Shown one piece after another: positions 15,816 to 31,086 of a DNA stretch of 64,000 nt. The DNA is from the human T2T-CHM13v2.0 reference genome, Homo sapiens, in assembly GCF_009914755.1 (NCBI RefSeq), contig NC_060935.1; one strand, written 5' to 3'. The notes under the pieces are model-generated. The model saw nothing but the letters and a program-made list of their open reading frames with translations. It was not told the DNA's origin and ran no database searches. Numbering within the stretch: the stretch's first letter is position 1; each line of letters starts with the position of its first letter. A program made the translations under genes and the position numbers.

Positions 15816-18800
15816 TTTAGGCAAGTCCCTCAACTTCTTTGAGCCTCAGTTTCTGCACCTATAAAATAAGGACTAATGGCATCTCGTTGCAGGCTAACTC
15901 TGAAGATGAATCAAAAGCAGCTGTTACAGTGCCTGTCATGAAGTGCTTGGTAAGCAGTCACAGTTATTATTGTCTTGTAATTGTTACTTATTAAGTTATA
16001 AAAAACTGAGGAGATACTGGCTTTTCATCTCTTCAGTTGGCTGGAGGCTATTATCAGTGATCTTTCTAAGCCACACATCTAGCTGTCTTCCCTGGCTCTG
16101 ACAGACCTCAGTAATCTGGTCCCAACTTTCTTTTCCATCTACATCTCCTATGACTCCTCACCCCCAATTCCAGTTGTACCAAACTACAGACCATCCCCCA
16201 CTGGGCCTTTATTCACTCAACCTCAGCTCAGCTCACCGCTTTCCCATTCTCAGGTTCCTGCTCACTCTTCAAGGCCCATCTTTAATGTCATCTCCTCTGC
16301 CAGGCCCCACTAGGCTCCCACAGCACAGCTCACACCAGCCTTCCACTCACGTTAGATGACTGACTGCCCATCTCCCCTGTTAGAAAGTGTGGCAGGTATC
16401 ACATTGTGCTTATGTCCGAATCACCAGCACACAGCAGTATGTGATGTGACTCATACAAGCATGGGCTGTGGAATTGAATTGACCTGACATAAGGGAGAAA
16501 GTTCTGGTTCAAGAACCTCTGAAATCCCATCCCGAAGTGCGTGGAAGCCTTGGTGGATGGGGAGAGGAGAGAGGAGCTCTGGTGTTCTGCTTTGAGGCAT
16601 TGGCTTTCAAAAAGAATGTGATCCAGTCCCAGAGTGAGTCTGGGGCAGGAATCTTGTATGAGTACAGAAGGGCAAACTGTCAGAGGAGCTTGACATTAGG
16701 TCCCCTTACCCGTGCCTAGTGCTGAAGGACCCACATCGCCCTTCTCCTCTGGCACTAATATAGGGGTCTACTGGAGGAATTATTCCAGCACCTTTCACCC
16801 AAGATGCAAAGCCTTCCCAAGCTCCAAAACCTTCCCAAGCTCCATTCCCTTAACCATCAGACAACTAGTTAGACTGCATACAAGGAAATTAACATGAGTC
16901 GAAAAGCCTGATTAAAGTAAAGAATGATCACCCCTTCTACTGGCCCACAAAGAGAAGGTGGTTGTCCTCACAGTTCGCCAGTGCTAAGAACTTTCTCTCT
17001 CTCTCCTTACCTGACTACCTCCTACGTTGCCATCAAGGCCTCTTCTTCAAGAAGCTCCTCCCATTCCAAACCGAGCTAACTGCCTTTCTCAGTGCCCCCA
17101 GGGCATCTGACAGCGAATCAGCTGCTTAGGTTTTGACTTACAATCCTTCAGTGCAGGGCCCCGCTGCTACCCCAGCTCTTGGCAAGCTGTTCCAGGCACA
17201 GTGCGTGCTCAGGAACCATTTATTGAGCCAAACCAGACTTCCCAGCAAAGCAGCCTTGTCTTCTGCCCTCAGCCTTGTGGGAAAGTATTTTCAGGCTTGT
17301 CAGGATAAAACCACAAAGACACAGGTGAGACTCTAAGACACAACGTTGGGTGTTCCGAGAACAGCAGGAGGGAGATGTGCTGAACCAGCTGTTTCCATAG
17401 GATCAGACTAATGGAGGGGAATGGTCTAGTCTAGTGCAGTAGTTCTCTGGCCACACATTGGAACCACTGAGGAACTTAAAAGCAAAACAAAACAGTGTCT
17501 GGGTCCTGCCCTCAGAGATAGTGATCTAATTGGTCTACAGCAGGATGTGGGCATCTTACTAGGTCCGTGTACACTCAGAGAAAGATGACCCCACATATGG
17601 GGCTTACATACACCACTGGGATTGGCATGGGCGCTGTCAGCTGAGGATTCTCTGCAGCAGGGCTCCTCTGGGGTCAGCATGGCACGGACCTGAACTGCCC
17701 CAGGGTGTGTCTCAGCAGAGAGAAAGCCTAGCATGCTCCCTTGACCAGCTGGACACATGGACAAAAAATGTCCTGTGCTCCTTTTACTGTCCAGTGTGTC
17801 ATTTTTCCTTTTCCTAAAAGGATGACGGGTAACTTCCCAGCCCAGCAAACCAGTTATAGGAGGGGCGAGTCATTTCCAACTTGAAACTTGTCAATCCCCA
17901 TCCCTCCCACTCTCATTCCCGCTGGATAAGTAATTACTTTCCAACTCCAAGCCCATTTTCCAGGGAAAATCCAGGTGCAGAGAAGCCAGCGTCTTGGGTG
18001 CACAGTGGGGCTCCAGCATCAGTGGGGTCTCTGAGTGGGGCAGTGGCTAAGTTCCCATGGGTGCATGCTAGGGCAACTTCCACTCCCTCTTCCCTTGCCA
18101 GGTCCCCAGAGGTATTGTGCACCTATTTTTTGAGCACCTGCTGTATGCCTCCAATTCTCTTCTCCACCCTGTCCTGCTGTACACACTTACTCATCTTTCA
18201 AGAGTCAACCTCACCTGCTCCATGAAGTGTTTTCTGACTCGCCAGGCAGGATGCCTCCCATGACTGGCAGAAGCAACACACATTCTCTTTGGAATAACTC
18301 AACTTCAATCCAGGCTGACAAAAATTGTATTAAAGCCTTTTTGTGGGTTTGTTTTAGAGACAGGGTCTCACTGTGTTGCCCAGGCTGGTCTCAAACTCCT
18401 GAGCTCAAGTGATCAAGTGATCCTCCCACCTCGGCCTCCCGCGTAGCTGGGACTGCAGGTGTGTGCCACTGTGCCCAGCTTCAAAGCTATTGATTTATAA
18501 CATGAATTCTGACTTTAGATATAGTAAAAGTTTTTTTTTGTTTTTTCCCAAAGAGTCTTACATCAGATAAGGGATGTAAGCTGTCCTTAGGTCCTGGGGA
18601 TAATGGAGAGGAGAGTCTCCTGGCCCTTGCCCCGCTCCTAGACCAGCAGGGAGCATACTCAGGAAGGCTCTTGGAGATCAGGAAGTAAGACATTTGTGTG
18701 ACTTTCCAGTTGACTCCAGCCCGCACCCCCAACAGCTTCAATTTTGTCTTTCAGGCATTTTCTGAGATGGGGAGGAAGTGTGTGTGCAGGGGTGCCCATC

Positions 18801-19083
18801 AGCCAGGGAGCTGGCACCTCTTCCATACGATGTGCGCATCACTAGCACTGCACACATCACCCTGTATGAGGAGTTTCTCTCCCCTGAGTGAGGGCTAAAA
18901 GCTGAAAGCTTAATTGTCCATCAGTGGGGTCTGGCTAAGTAAAAAGCAGCATATTTATATGATGACATATGTAGAGAAGTTGAAAGGAATGCACTTCCTT
19001 TATCAACATGGATAGAGCTAAAAAAAATTGGTGTAAAACTAAGTTGCTGAATAAACAGTACAGAATGAATGCATTTTTAAAAA

Positions 19084-19391
<308 letters not shown>

Positions 19392-20091
19392 CCATGATTG
19401 CATTTTTTAAAAGTACATTGGAAACTCACTTTTTTTCCAGTGGGTACATTTGTATGTATGCAAAAATATTTTTTATAAATCTGAAAGGACAGTGCAGAGT
19501 GAGACCACACCTCATGTGTCTCTGTTTGATCAGGGATCAGTGCACGGCCCACGGCAACATAGTAGGTGCTTCTAAGATGTTTGCCACATGGATGGCAGCG
19601 TTGGGCAGCTGCTGAGGACTTATGGAGTGATGGACCCAGAGTCTCGTGAAGGGCCTTGAGAGGATTCCTTCTATACTGGCTCCCTCCTCATCCCATCCGC
19701 CCCCACCTTCCACTAAGCCCAGAACCCACAGCTCCATTCTGGCTGTGGCATCCCTGGGTCTGTCCACTCCCTCCTCAGCTTCAGATTCAGCCCTAGCCCT
19801 GTTCCTCTATTTTTCTGAGGACTGGCCCCAGTGTGTATATGTGTGTGTGTTGGGGGAGCTGACTGTTACTTAGAAACTGGGATTGGAAAAAAGCAAGTTG
19901 ATTCTGGCCCAGGCCATTAACTAAACTATCCTACTATAGTCTTGGATCAAGTACTTCCGAATGAGAGGGAGCACTGGGTGGGTACTCGTGAGCCTGATGG
20001 CTAATGTACTGGGAAAGGACATGAACAAATGTTCTAGAAAGGTGCCTGGTCTGGTGGGGAGGCCTGCCAGCTTTCCGAGCCCGTAAGTCCT

Positions 20092-20440
20092 TGTCCTAGT
20101 CAGCTTGGGCTGCTGTAACAGATGACCATAGACTGATGTGGCTTAAACCACAGTTATTTCTCACAGTTCTGGAGAGGCTGGGAAGCTCAAGATCAAGGTG
20201 CCAGTTTTTGGTGAGGGCCTTCTTCCTGGCTTGCTAATATGCATTTTCTTGCTGTGTCCTCACACAGCTGGGAGGGAGAGCTCTGGTCTCTCTTCCTCTT
20301 CTTATAAGGACACTAATCCCATTATGGGATCCCACCTCAAGACCTCATCTAAACCAAATCACCTCCCTAAATCCCCTCCTCCAAATACCATCACATTGGA
20401 GGTTAGGGCTTGAATATATGAATCTTGGGAGGACCCATAC
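20092..20440 (-). mobile_element. MLT1A-type LTR
   Basis: GGGCTGCTGTAACA...TTATTTCTCACAGTTCTGGAG...CCAAATACCATCACATTGG. Confidence 0.75.
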
Positions 20441-21454
20441 ATTTGTAGGGGAAAGGTTTCAAAAGCAGGGTGTTTGGCATGCTTTAACTCAGACTTCAGG
20501 GTAAATAGTGAATATCAGAGGTTCTGGATGAAGCTTTTGACACAGGCAGAAGAGGTAGAGCATGCAGGGAACTGGTAGGAAGGAGGAGGCCTACTCTTCA
20601 TCATTATGACTGGCTCCAAAGCACAGGCTTCATTCAGGCAGGCACACATTCATTTAACGTCTTTTAAGGGCGCAGGCCCTGGCTAGCACTGGGCAAGTGC
20701 TAGGGACCCTGAGTTGAAACAGAGTGCTTGCCCTCCTGGAGCTTACTGCTGTCCATGAGACAGGTCTCAATGGAAAACTGCAAACTTTTACCTGGCCTCC
20801 AGGTTTTGCATGTGCCATTTTGTCTGGTACACCCTGCATTCCCTTTGTCCTGTCCCCCGAGCTGCTCCTACCCATCTGGCAGGTATGGGCAGGTGGGGCT
20901 GTTTTGGGGAAGTTTCCTCAAGTCTGGATTCTGAGACGCTAGGGCTTCTAGAACATGGCACCTCTTGCCTCTCAAGGCTTGCCATTGCAAGGCTGCCCCT
21001 CTTGTTTGCATGTCTGTCTTCTCCATGACACCTGAGCTTCCTGAGAACGAAACAGTGAACCACCATATCCTAGGTACCCACTGTGGCCTGCTTCCTGCAG
21101 GGAGAGGGTACAGTCAATGAGTGAGTGAATGAATGAATTATACGCTATTGCAAATGGCTGGTCCCTGAGCATGAGGGGTATCTGAACAGATGTGTAAGTA
21201 TGGTGATTAGAAACAAGTGATAAAGGTTTGAGAAATAATATAAAAAGCCACTGCAATGACAAACACACCCATCCACCTGCTCGAGACTAACAACCAACTG
21301 TTTTCTTGATCCATAGCTGCCAGAGGAACATGCCTCTGTCTTACTGGGTTTCTGAGATTTGCAACCTCTGCAGCTGGGTTCTAGCCAGAGAGGTGTAAAG
21401 GTCAAAAATGTTAGATCGTTCAGTCACCTTGTATAAGTTAACATAATATTATTT

Positions 21455-21783
21455 TTTCTCTCTCTCTCTTCTTTTCTTTTTCTTTCGCTTTGGAGAAGGT
21501 CTCATTCTGTTCCCCAGGCTAGAGTGCAGTGGCACAATCAGGGCTCACTGAAGCCTCAATCTCCTGGGCTTAAGTGATCCTTTCACCTCAGCTCCCCCGC
21601 CGCCCACCCCAGTAGCTGGGCCTACAGGCACAGGCCACCACACCCAGCTAATTTTTTCATATTTTTACTACAGACAGTTTGCCATGTTGCCCAGGCTGGT
21701 CTTGAACTCCTGGACTCAAGGGATCCGCTGGCCTCGGCCTCCCAAAATGCTGGGAATACAGGCATGAGCCCCTGCGATTGGCT
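21455..21783 (-). mobile_element. Alu (AluJ-like)
   Basis: Diverged Alu consensus. Confidence 0.85.
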
Positions 21784-22049
21784 TATAACATTTCTGTGCC
21801 TCAGTTTCCTCACTTGTGAAACAGGAATAAGAGTAGTTTATTAGGGTTGCCCTAAGGACTAAATGAGAGAGGTCTTGTAAAGTCTGAGGGATGGTGAATG
21901 CATAAATGCTTAATAAGTGCTGGCTCTTACTACAAGGCCTCTCACCTCCAGCGGCCCTGCTCTGTCATTCTCTAAACCTCAGTTGGCCCATGTGTAAGAT
22001 GGGAGTGCGAATGGTAATGATTAAATGAGAAAGTAAAACTGTGCTAAGA

Positions 22050-23030
22050 TCTGTTGTTTGTGTCCAAGAGAGCCTCTGGGACTACGCTTCGCATCCAGGC
22101 TCACCAGGCTGGGGATTCCGGGTCCGGCCATCCAAAGCAAATCTACTCAGTGCGCTGGTCGCGAGGACCACCTCCAGCCTGGGGACTTCAGGCCACAACG
22201 CCCAACCCAAACCCCAGAACCGTTTTTCTCACGGGAGCAGGCTGCTGTGGGTTCGTCTGACTGATAAGGAGGCCTGATTATTCTCCTGGGAGATGACCAG
22301 GAAGGCCATGGAGGGGTCCCCACAGTAGGGGGCGGCGCACGGACTGCAATCTGGTTATTCCAGGAAAAAGAAATAAAAAATGTTGCAGAGGCGGCGGCCA
22401 CAGGGCTGGGAGCCGGTTATCTCTGGGCCACCTTCCAGCTCTGATAACCGTAGGCCGGGCTCGCCGGGTGGGGCGGGCGCCCCGAAGTGGGCCGGGGCGC
22501 CGCGGCCGGTAGTCTCTGCTTTGCCCAGCCCCTCCCGCTACGGTCGGCGCCGGGTCTCCAGGCCTCGCCCAGCCCCACGAGGAAGCGGCGCGGTGCCTGC
22601 CAGCCGAGCTCACCGCGCGCCCTCAGCCGGACAAGGTGGGCGAGGGCCAGGGGGGCCGCTGCTAGACCCCGGGGCCCCGCCCGTGCCCCCCTACCCATTC
22701 CCGCTCCCCCAGCACCCGGGGCGTCCCCCGGAGCTTACTCTGCAGACAGCGGGCTGCGGCCAGGCAGAGGGCGAAGAGTCCTAGGGAGATGCCTCGGGTC
22801 TTCCTCCTCCCGCTGGGCAGAGGCCTCATGGGCGAGCCCGGGGCCTCGCGGGCCGGGGTGTGTGCTGGCCGCACCGCGCTGCAGCTCCTATGCAGCCTTC
22901 TCTCTTCCTCCGCCTCTGGCTGCCGCAGGTTCTTTAGGGCCAGATGCAGATGAGCTGGTTGTACTCTGGTTGAACCAGTTCCCAAGGATGGGGGGGCGGG
23001 CGGGGGGGTGTTGCGCGGGAGAGAATTAAT
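22050..23030. promoter_or_regulatory. VSTM5: CpG island / VSTM5 promoter and 5' end of intron 1
   Basis: Very high GC and CpG density relative to the rest of the window; GC boxes (GGGGCGG at ~22329, ~22470, ~22993); spans exon 1. Confidence 0.9.
22739..22829 (-). CDS. VSTM5: VSTM5 (V-set and transmembrane domain-containing 5) coding exon 1, signal peptide; phase-1 intron follows, exon 2 lies left of the window
   Basis: ATG at 22829 gives MRPLPSGRRKTRGISLGLFALCLAAARCLQ(S), recognised as the VSTM5 N-terminus; 91 nt end at the donor CAGA|GTAAGC (intron starts 22738); lies in a CpG island. Confidence 0.93.
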
Positions 23031-23320
23031 ATGGGAAGGAATGGGAATGCACAGACTCAGAGGTAAATAATGGCAAATAATGAGCAGCCTCCTTCCGTTC
23101 ACACCCATTTTACTGGTATTGATTCAAGGTTCGGCTGGATGCTAGGTGGCAGGAAGGAGGGAAAGTACTAGCTATTGCTTCAGGACAGAGCTAGTCATTG
23201 GCATCATGGGCAAAGGGAAGGCTTTTAGGAAAGTGAAATGACAGCCTGGAGTGAGAGGGATGAGGGGAGGGGGTGGGGAGACTCAGGCTGCCCTGATGGG
23301 AACCACTGCACAGTGATGAT

Positions 23321-23372
23321 ATCCATCCATCTATCCACCCATCAGTCCATCCATCCATCCCTCCATCCATCC
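23321..23372 (+). repeat. (TCCA)n degenerate microsatellite
   Basis: Direct reading. Confidence 0.8.
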
Positions 23373-23548
23373 AGGAAATGTTCACCAATCGCCTGCTTTA
23401 TTTGCACAGAGCCTCGCACATGGCAGTCACTCAAATAAACCGGTGGAATGAAGCTAGGCACTGTGTTAAGTGCTGGGGATACAAGGATGTGGGCACCTGT
23501 TTAGAAATCCTAGCAAGGGGTGGGGGCTGCAAAAAATGAGCAACCGCT

Positions 23549-23925
<377 letters not shown>

Positions 23926-24259
23926 TCAGTTTTGGTCCAAACTAGTCATGAAATTATATTTCACTTTGTCAAAACTAGAATTTCTAGCCTCACTTGCCAC
24001 AAGGGGTAGCAGTGTGACCCAGTGCTGGCCAGTGATATTTAAGGGGAAGTCTTTTTGAGGTGTTTCTGGAAAAGTTTTTGCTTTCCTCATAAAAAGGACA
24101 GCTAAGGCTGGGACTTCCCCTCCCCCTTTCTTTCTGCCTTGAAAACATTTATTCTGTTCAGATCTGTGGCATGTGTCTTGCATCCATTAAGTTACATAAA
24201 TGAATGCAAAAACCATCATGCTAAGTAAGGATGGTGGAGCAGGAAGATAGAAAGACCTA

Positions 24260-24601
<342 letters not shown>

Positions 24602-27513
24602 CTATCTCCTTCTGGTTTCTAAAGGAGATTTCTTGCCAATTCCGATGTGTTCCTGGTGAGGCCGACACTAGTGTTACCCTGCTGACTGGCTTGGGGTGGG
24701 CTTGTCAACCATGCTGTCCATTTGAAGTACCCTCTCTGCCAACCAAAGTATTTGGTTCAAGAATGGGCAGACAGGGCCATCAGCGTCTTCCCTGGAAATG
24801 TGTGGCCACTGCTGGCATACTAAAAATGGGATATGAACCTGGGGGTACTGGTGGACCATCTTGTCTGTCATGTGGAGAGGCCCTGGATTAAGAATGAAAC
24901 CAAGATGAGACAAACTGAGTGGGGAACTGAGGAAAGGGATAAAGGCCTAACTACACGGGTTGGGCTCTGGGATTCTGCATGGTTGGGTTTGCCATTTATC
25001 AGCAAATAAATGCCCTCTTTGACTCAGCAAATTTAAGTTGGATTTTTATGATATAAAATTGAGAACGCCCTGCTAAAGCAAGCAGTCTTCTTGACATTTT
25101 TCTGTTTTCTTTATTAGATGTAAAAGCCTTCAGGAATTACTTGCATTCATTTGTTTATCCATCAAACATCAAATCTGCCCCCATATCAGGCAATGTGCTA
25201 GGCACTGCAGCTCCAAAGATGAATAATAACTCATGATTCCTAGTCTCAAAATACTCACAAACTAGTGGAGACAAAATGATTCAAGTTGGGAAAGGCTTCC
25301 AGACACAGAGGTCTCTCCTGCTAAGGCTAAGTTGAGAGGAAACTGGCTGTTCTGCTTACTGCTGTGAACCCTGGAAATCTGAGACAGGTCTCAATTTAGA
25401 AAGTTTATTTTGCCAAGATTGAGGATGTGTGTCTGTGACACAGCCTCAGGAGGTCCTGAACACATGTGCCCAAGGTGGTCAGAGCACAGCTTGGTTTTAA
25501 ACATTTTAGGGAGACATGAGATATCAATCAACATATGCAAGATGAACATCGGTTCTGCCTGGAGAGGCAGGTCAACTTGAAGCAAACGTGGGAAGACTCG
25601 ATGCAGGAAGGGGTGTTCCAGGTCATAGATGGCTAAGAGACAAATGGTTGCATTCTCTTGAGTTTCTGATTAGCCTCTTCAAAGGAGGTAATCAGATATG
25701 CATTTATCTCAGTGAGCAGAGAGATGAATTTGAATAGAATGGGAGGCAGGTTTGCCCTAAGCAGTTCCCAGTTTGACTTTTTCCTTTAATTTAGTGATTT
25801 GGGGGCCCCAAGAATTTTTTTCCTTTCACTTTTCCCCCCTTTTCTTTTTAAAAATTTTTTTGAGAAAGCACTTTAGAAGAAACCGAGTCTCTGGGCTCAG
25901 ATTTCATTGGATCTCTCATGGCTTAGAATGGTTTATTCGTAGACAGGTAGGTGCCAAGTTATTAGGAAAGCTCATTATTAGCATGTTGTGAAGTCTCATG
26001 TCCTATGAAGAGAAAATAGGGGGAGGAAGGGAGAAAAGCAGCAAACTAAAAAATAATTCTGAAAAATTGATATAGGCCACATTATACTGTGTAGACAAGG
26101 ATGAGGCCAGTTTTCCCAAGGGCTTTCATTGGCTCCATCAGTCAAGTTTGATTCCTTAAAGGAAAGCACACCATTCCAGTCAAAGCCTTGGCAAAATAAC
26201 CAGTTTCTCCAATTTTGTCCTGTTACAAATGAAAACAGATTCTTACTGCACTTATGCAAATAAGTGTATTGTCATGAGTTAATAATGCTCACAAATAGTT
26301 TCCAAATTCTTTAGAAATCAAGTAGAGAGAAAACAAATATACTCCACATTTTATTCATAGGAGTATATTTTACTCAATTGTTAAAAGTTGTAAATAGCTT
26401 AAAAGTTTTCTTGACTCTGAAAAACAAAAGAAAGGATCAGCAATGTTTCAGTTGAAAAGATTACTTTAGACTTCTATTAGCTTAGTCCATGTAGATAATT
26501 TTTGTTATGTTTGGTATTCATGAACATGTTAGCTCTCTATGAGTCCTGAAAGTTTTCCTCTATTCTGATGTCACAATCTTCAAAGTTATCAGAAACCTGT
26601 ATTCAAGAGCACCTGTTAGAGTCATATAGCCAATAATAAAACCACCTCTTAAGAGGACCAACACAAGACAACAATTGTCTGTGGATGACAAAATGTTTTA
26701 GGGCAGCCATAGTCAAAGACACAATTGACAAGTAAATTCGTTACCTCTGTGGCACACAATAATTTAACATAACAGTTATTACTGATAATGTACACTAAGT
26801 CATATCAGAATTATAGGAGTTTTCCATAATTTTGTAACACATACCAATAATATATTTAAACAAATACAGCCCAAAGAAAACCAAGCAACATTTCATATTT
26901 GACAATCCTTCCTATAGCATTTATATGCCAAATAAATAAGCCATATATGTCATTTTTTGGACTTTAGGGTACCTATTAATAATATCTTACAGGATTAATT
27001 AGGTCAGAAAAAGACAGTTTATAATTTGATTTTGGAAAGTTTGTCAAATATCAAAGGTTTAAAACACTTTATAGCACAAAATAGGATTACAGGTCTTGTA
27101 AAATAAGTCATTCATTTAACCAAAGTGATAACTCAAGGATTTTTTTAAAAAGGCAAAAACCTTCCTTCTTTGAGAGATAAGACTTAATTTTCCAAATGAT
27201 AAGACCCAATGCAAACAGCATGAAGCCAATTAATTTTTTCAAAATTTTATAAACAATTATAAAATGTTAGCCTTGATCATAAGATGTAGCTTCCATAAGC
27301 CTTTTATAACCTTTATTAAGGAGTTGGTTAATGCTTCAAGAAAACCTTGTTAATCTGACACAGAGGCCCATATGCTAGTCTTGCATCAGTATGTCTTTGA
27401 CATTAATGGTTAATTTATAGAGAAACTGAATTTATTTTATCTCTTAAAAATCGGCCCTTATAATTTCACACTCTCACCTCTTCTGCAATACACCCTGGGC
27501 CTTGAGGAGTTGA

Positions 27514-27858
<345 letters not shown>

Positions 27859-28433
27859 TTGATTGACATCTTCTATGGGGCCTGAAAATGAGGCTTTAAT
27901 TGCAGTGTTTAAGATTTAGAAGGACTTTGTGTCCTTTTTAGACCCAGGAGTCAAAGTCCTGTAACTTAATGTCACAAGTACCTTAAAAGCACATACAGAA
28001 AAGTACACAGATGTAATAACCTTAATTCAAATTTTTTTTAATCTCAGTTTTTCCCTAAGCAAACCAAAACTCAATAATAATGGCATAGGAATTATTTTGA
28101 TAAAAAAACATAAAATCTGTTAGGCCAGTTACCAAAAGGCAAAAGAAAAGACCTTCTGTAGTGTACAGAATATTATGTTAGAAGGAAACATTTCCTTTAG
28201 ATGCTTAAGAAAATATTGTTAGCATCAACGCACAACAAACAGAACTTGAGGAAAAAAACTTACATGAGTTGAAAATGAGTTGAAGGAGAGCATTATTATT
28301 TTGAGCCTTTTAAAAGAAAGAAAAAGGTGGCCTTGTTATGTAAATAAAGTCCGTTCAGTAGTCAACGTAAAGAATCTTTGCTTTTTTTTTTTTTTCCTTT
28401 TTACTGGCCAAATACGGCCACCACCACACCAAC

Positions 28434-28435
<2 letters not shown>

Positions 28436-28464
<29 letters not shown>
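28436..28464 (+). repeat. (TG)n microsatellite
   Basis: Direct reading. Confidence 0.9.
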
Positions 28465-28467
<3 letters not shown>

Positions 28468-31086
28468 GGGGGGGGCAGAATTTAGCCACTTTAGAGGCCT
28501 TGTTCCCCATAATTTGAAATTTTCCTTCAGATTTGATCAAGTCAGATAGAGTTAATCAGAACCAGTGGGAAAAAGACCAAAACAACAAGAAAAACAGAAA
28601 CAAACAACAACAACAAAACAAGCAAAACAAATGATGGCACAACATATATGATAACTGAGCACTCTCATGGTAAGGAGAATTTATGACAAATTTGTTGTTA
28701 ATCTTAACTTTAGCTAAGACAAACCCTAATTCAATTACTTACCTAGGGATTGGTCTCAGACTGAAGACCGCTCTCTACCATTCTAGGAGCAGGAAAAAAT
28801 ACTAATCTTTCATGTTGGAAGCAAGCTCAAGCTCCATAAAGGAGTAACCTGCCTTCCATAATCATGGAAACAGGAAATCTTGCCTTCCTTATTGGAAGCA
28901 AATAAAACTCCAAGAAAGAGGAGATGTACAGCAAAACAAACTTTAGATCTCTATCAAATTTTGGGAGATCAGGGATTCTATGGATGTACTCTCAGACCTC
29001 AGGAAATTGTCCTCTTGGTTTGAGCCATAAAGTTAGCTTGTGCTGGTACCACACACCGATAGGAGATTTGTCAAAGGTCGGGGCATCTTCATGCAGAATC
29101 CCTTCATGGTTACCAAAACATGAATCCTGGAAATCTGAGACAGGTTTCAGTTAATTTAGAAAGTTCATTTTGCCAAGGTTGAGGATGAATGCCTATGACA
29201 CAGCCTCAGGAGGTCCTGACGACATGTGCCCAAGGTGGTCAGAGCACTGTTTGGTTTTATACATTCTAGGGAGACATGAGACGTCAATCAACATTTGCAA
29301 GATGTACATTGGTTTGGCCTGGAAAGGTGGAACAACTTGAAGCAAAGGCAGGAAGACTCAAAGTGGGGAGGGGGCTTCCTGGTCATAGGTAGATAAGAGA
29401 CAAATAGCTGCATTCTTTTAAGTTTCTGACTAGCCTCTCCAAAGGAGGCAATCAGATGTGCATTTATCTCAGTAAGCAGAGGGGTGACTGAATAGAGTGG
29501 GAGGCAGGTTTGCCCTAAGCAGTTCCCAGCTTGACTCTTCTCTAACTTAGTGATTTAAGGGCCCCAAGATTTATTTTTCTTTCACGCTGCCATATACCTG
29601 GCACCTGGCATCTGGCACATGGTAGATGCTTAATAACAATTTGTTAAGTGGATATAAGAATGATAAAAATGGAAGTCAGAAATGTAAGTTAGTGAGAAGG
29701 AAGATGCTCATGAGATAAAGAGCTGATAAATGTTGGAGTGACTCAGTGATGCTGTGATTTTGTGTCCTGCCTCTGCCTTCTCCAAGCTCTCTGGCTATGG
29801 AGAAGTGACATCAAGCCTCTGCACCTTTGAAGTGGTTGGACTGTACCAGAAATTATCTGTCCTGGCTGCACATTAGAAAAAACAAACAAACACACCATGG
29901 CTTGGGCCTTGCTCCAGTTCAATTGAATCAGATTTTCTGAGGGTGGGGCTGAGGCATGAGTGTTTTTAGAAAGCTCCCTGAATGATTTTGATGTGCAGCC
30001 AGGGTAGAAAACCACTGCTCTAGATTGGAGGCTTCTCACAGTCATGTGTGATGCCTTTTTAGGTCCAAGTTTATTATATCTTTTCTGTAGTATAGGATTT
30101 CATAGAGGGGAGGAAGGAGATCACATGGGTCCATTTAAGACATTGTATTTACCATTTTATTCATTCAACAAATATTAATTAAGTGCATACAGGATCTCAG
30201 GCACGGCAGGCACTAGCTGGTGGAGTCAGCGGGGGTGAAGGCAGGGAAGAGAGGTGTGAAAAGCAGATTGGGTCTGTATGCTGACTCCTCACAATGCTTG
30301 TTTTTTGCTGAAAGGATATAACTCAAGATTCATAATTAGTAGGAAATGTTGGCTCTTCCTTTGCAATCTTTGGCACACGCTGTATCCCTTAGGTATTTTT
30401 AACTCTTCTCAATAGTCAGCCATTCTGGAAAAAAACAACACCCACCAGTGTTTGTTTTCTCAAAATCCTAGGATATATTTCTCACTTCTAAGAGAAGTAA
30501 ATGGTGTCTGTTTATAGTGACCTAGCTTTATGACAGCTGCACATCCCCATGCATTTCTCCTTTTTGAGAACAGTCCTAATTAAAATATACTATTCTGTTG
30601 TTCCTGTAAGTACATTTGAATTTGTGAAAATATGCAAAATAGATCACCATATTCAGATGGCTCACAAGTTCTTAGTGCTTTCATCTTTCTTGAAAATATG
30701 TTTGTTGTTTATTATGGGATGTGTGTTATGGTGCCAAGCAGGTGGCTGAATTTCAAGGGGAACTTGTGTTGAATGCTACTGTATAGAAGACATACATGCA
30801 GTAAGGAAGTTTATACAAACCTTTGTTAAAGTTGTTCCTTTGGGCTTTTATGGTGCTATACAGCATGCTAAGTCTCCAAACTGAGCTGATTTGTATTCCT
30901 GACGTCATCCTGGAACCACGTGGAGGCCAAGCCTAGTAAAAGGAAAATGAGTACTAGGTGGTCACTAGTTCCTTCTCTGAACTCTGATGGTACAAAGTGC
31001 CTGAACCATGTGGCAGCCCGTGTTTAGTGTCTATAACCAGAAATCATGGTGATTGATGCATGCAAACCTTAGTTCCCCTATAAGGC

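Noticed and set aside
22380-23029. 134-aa and 180-aa plus-strand ORFs in the CpG island
   Set aside because: Stop-poor GC-rich DNA antisense to VSTM5 exon 1; low-complexity products with no recognisable domain
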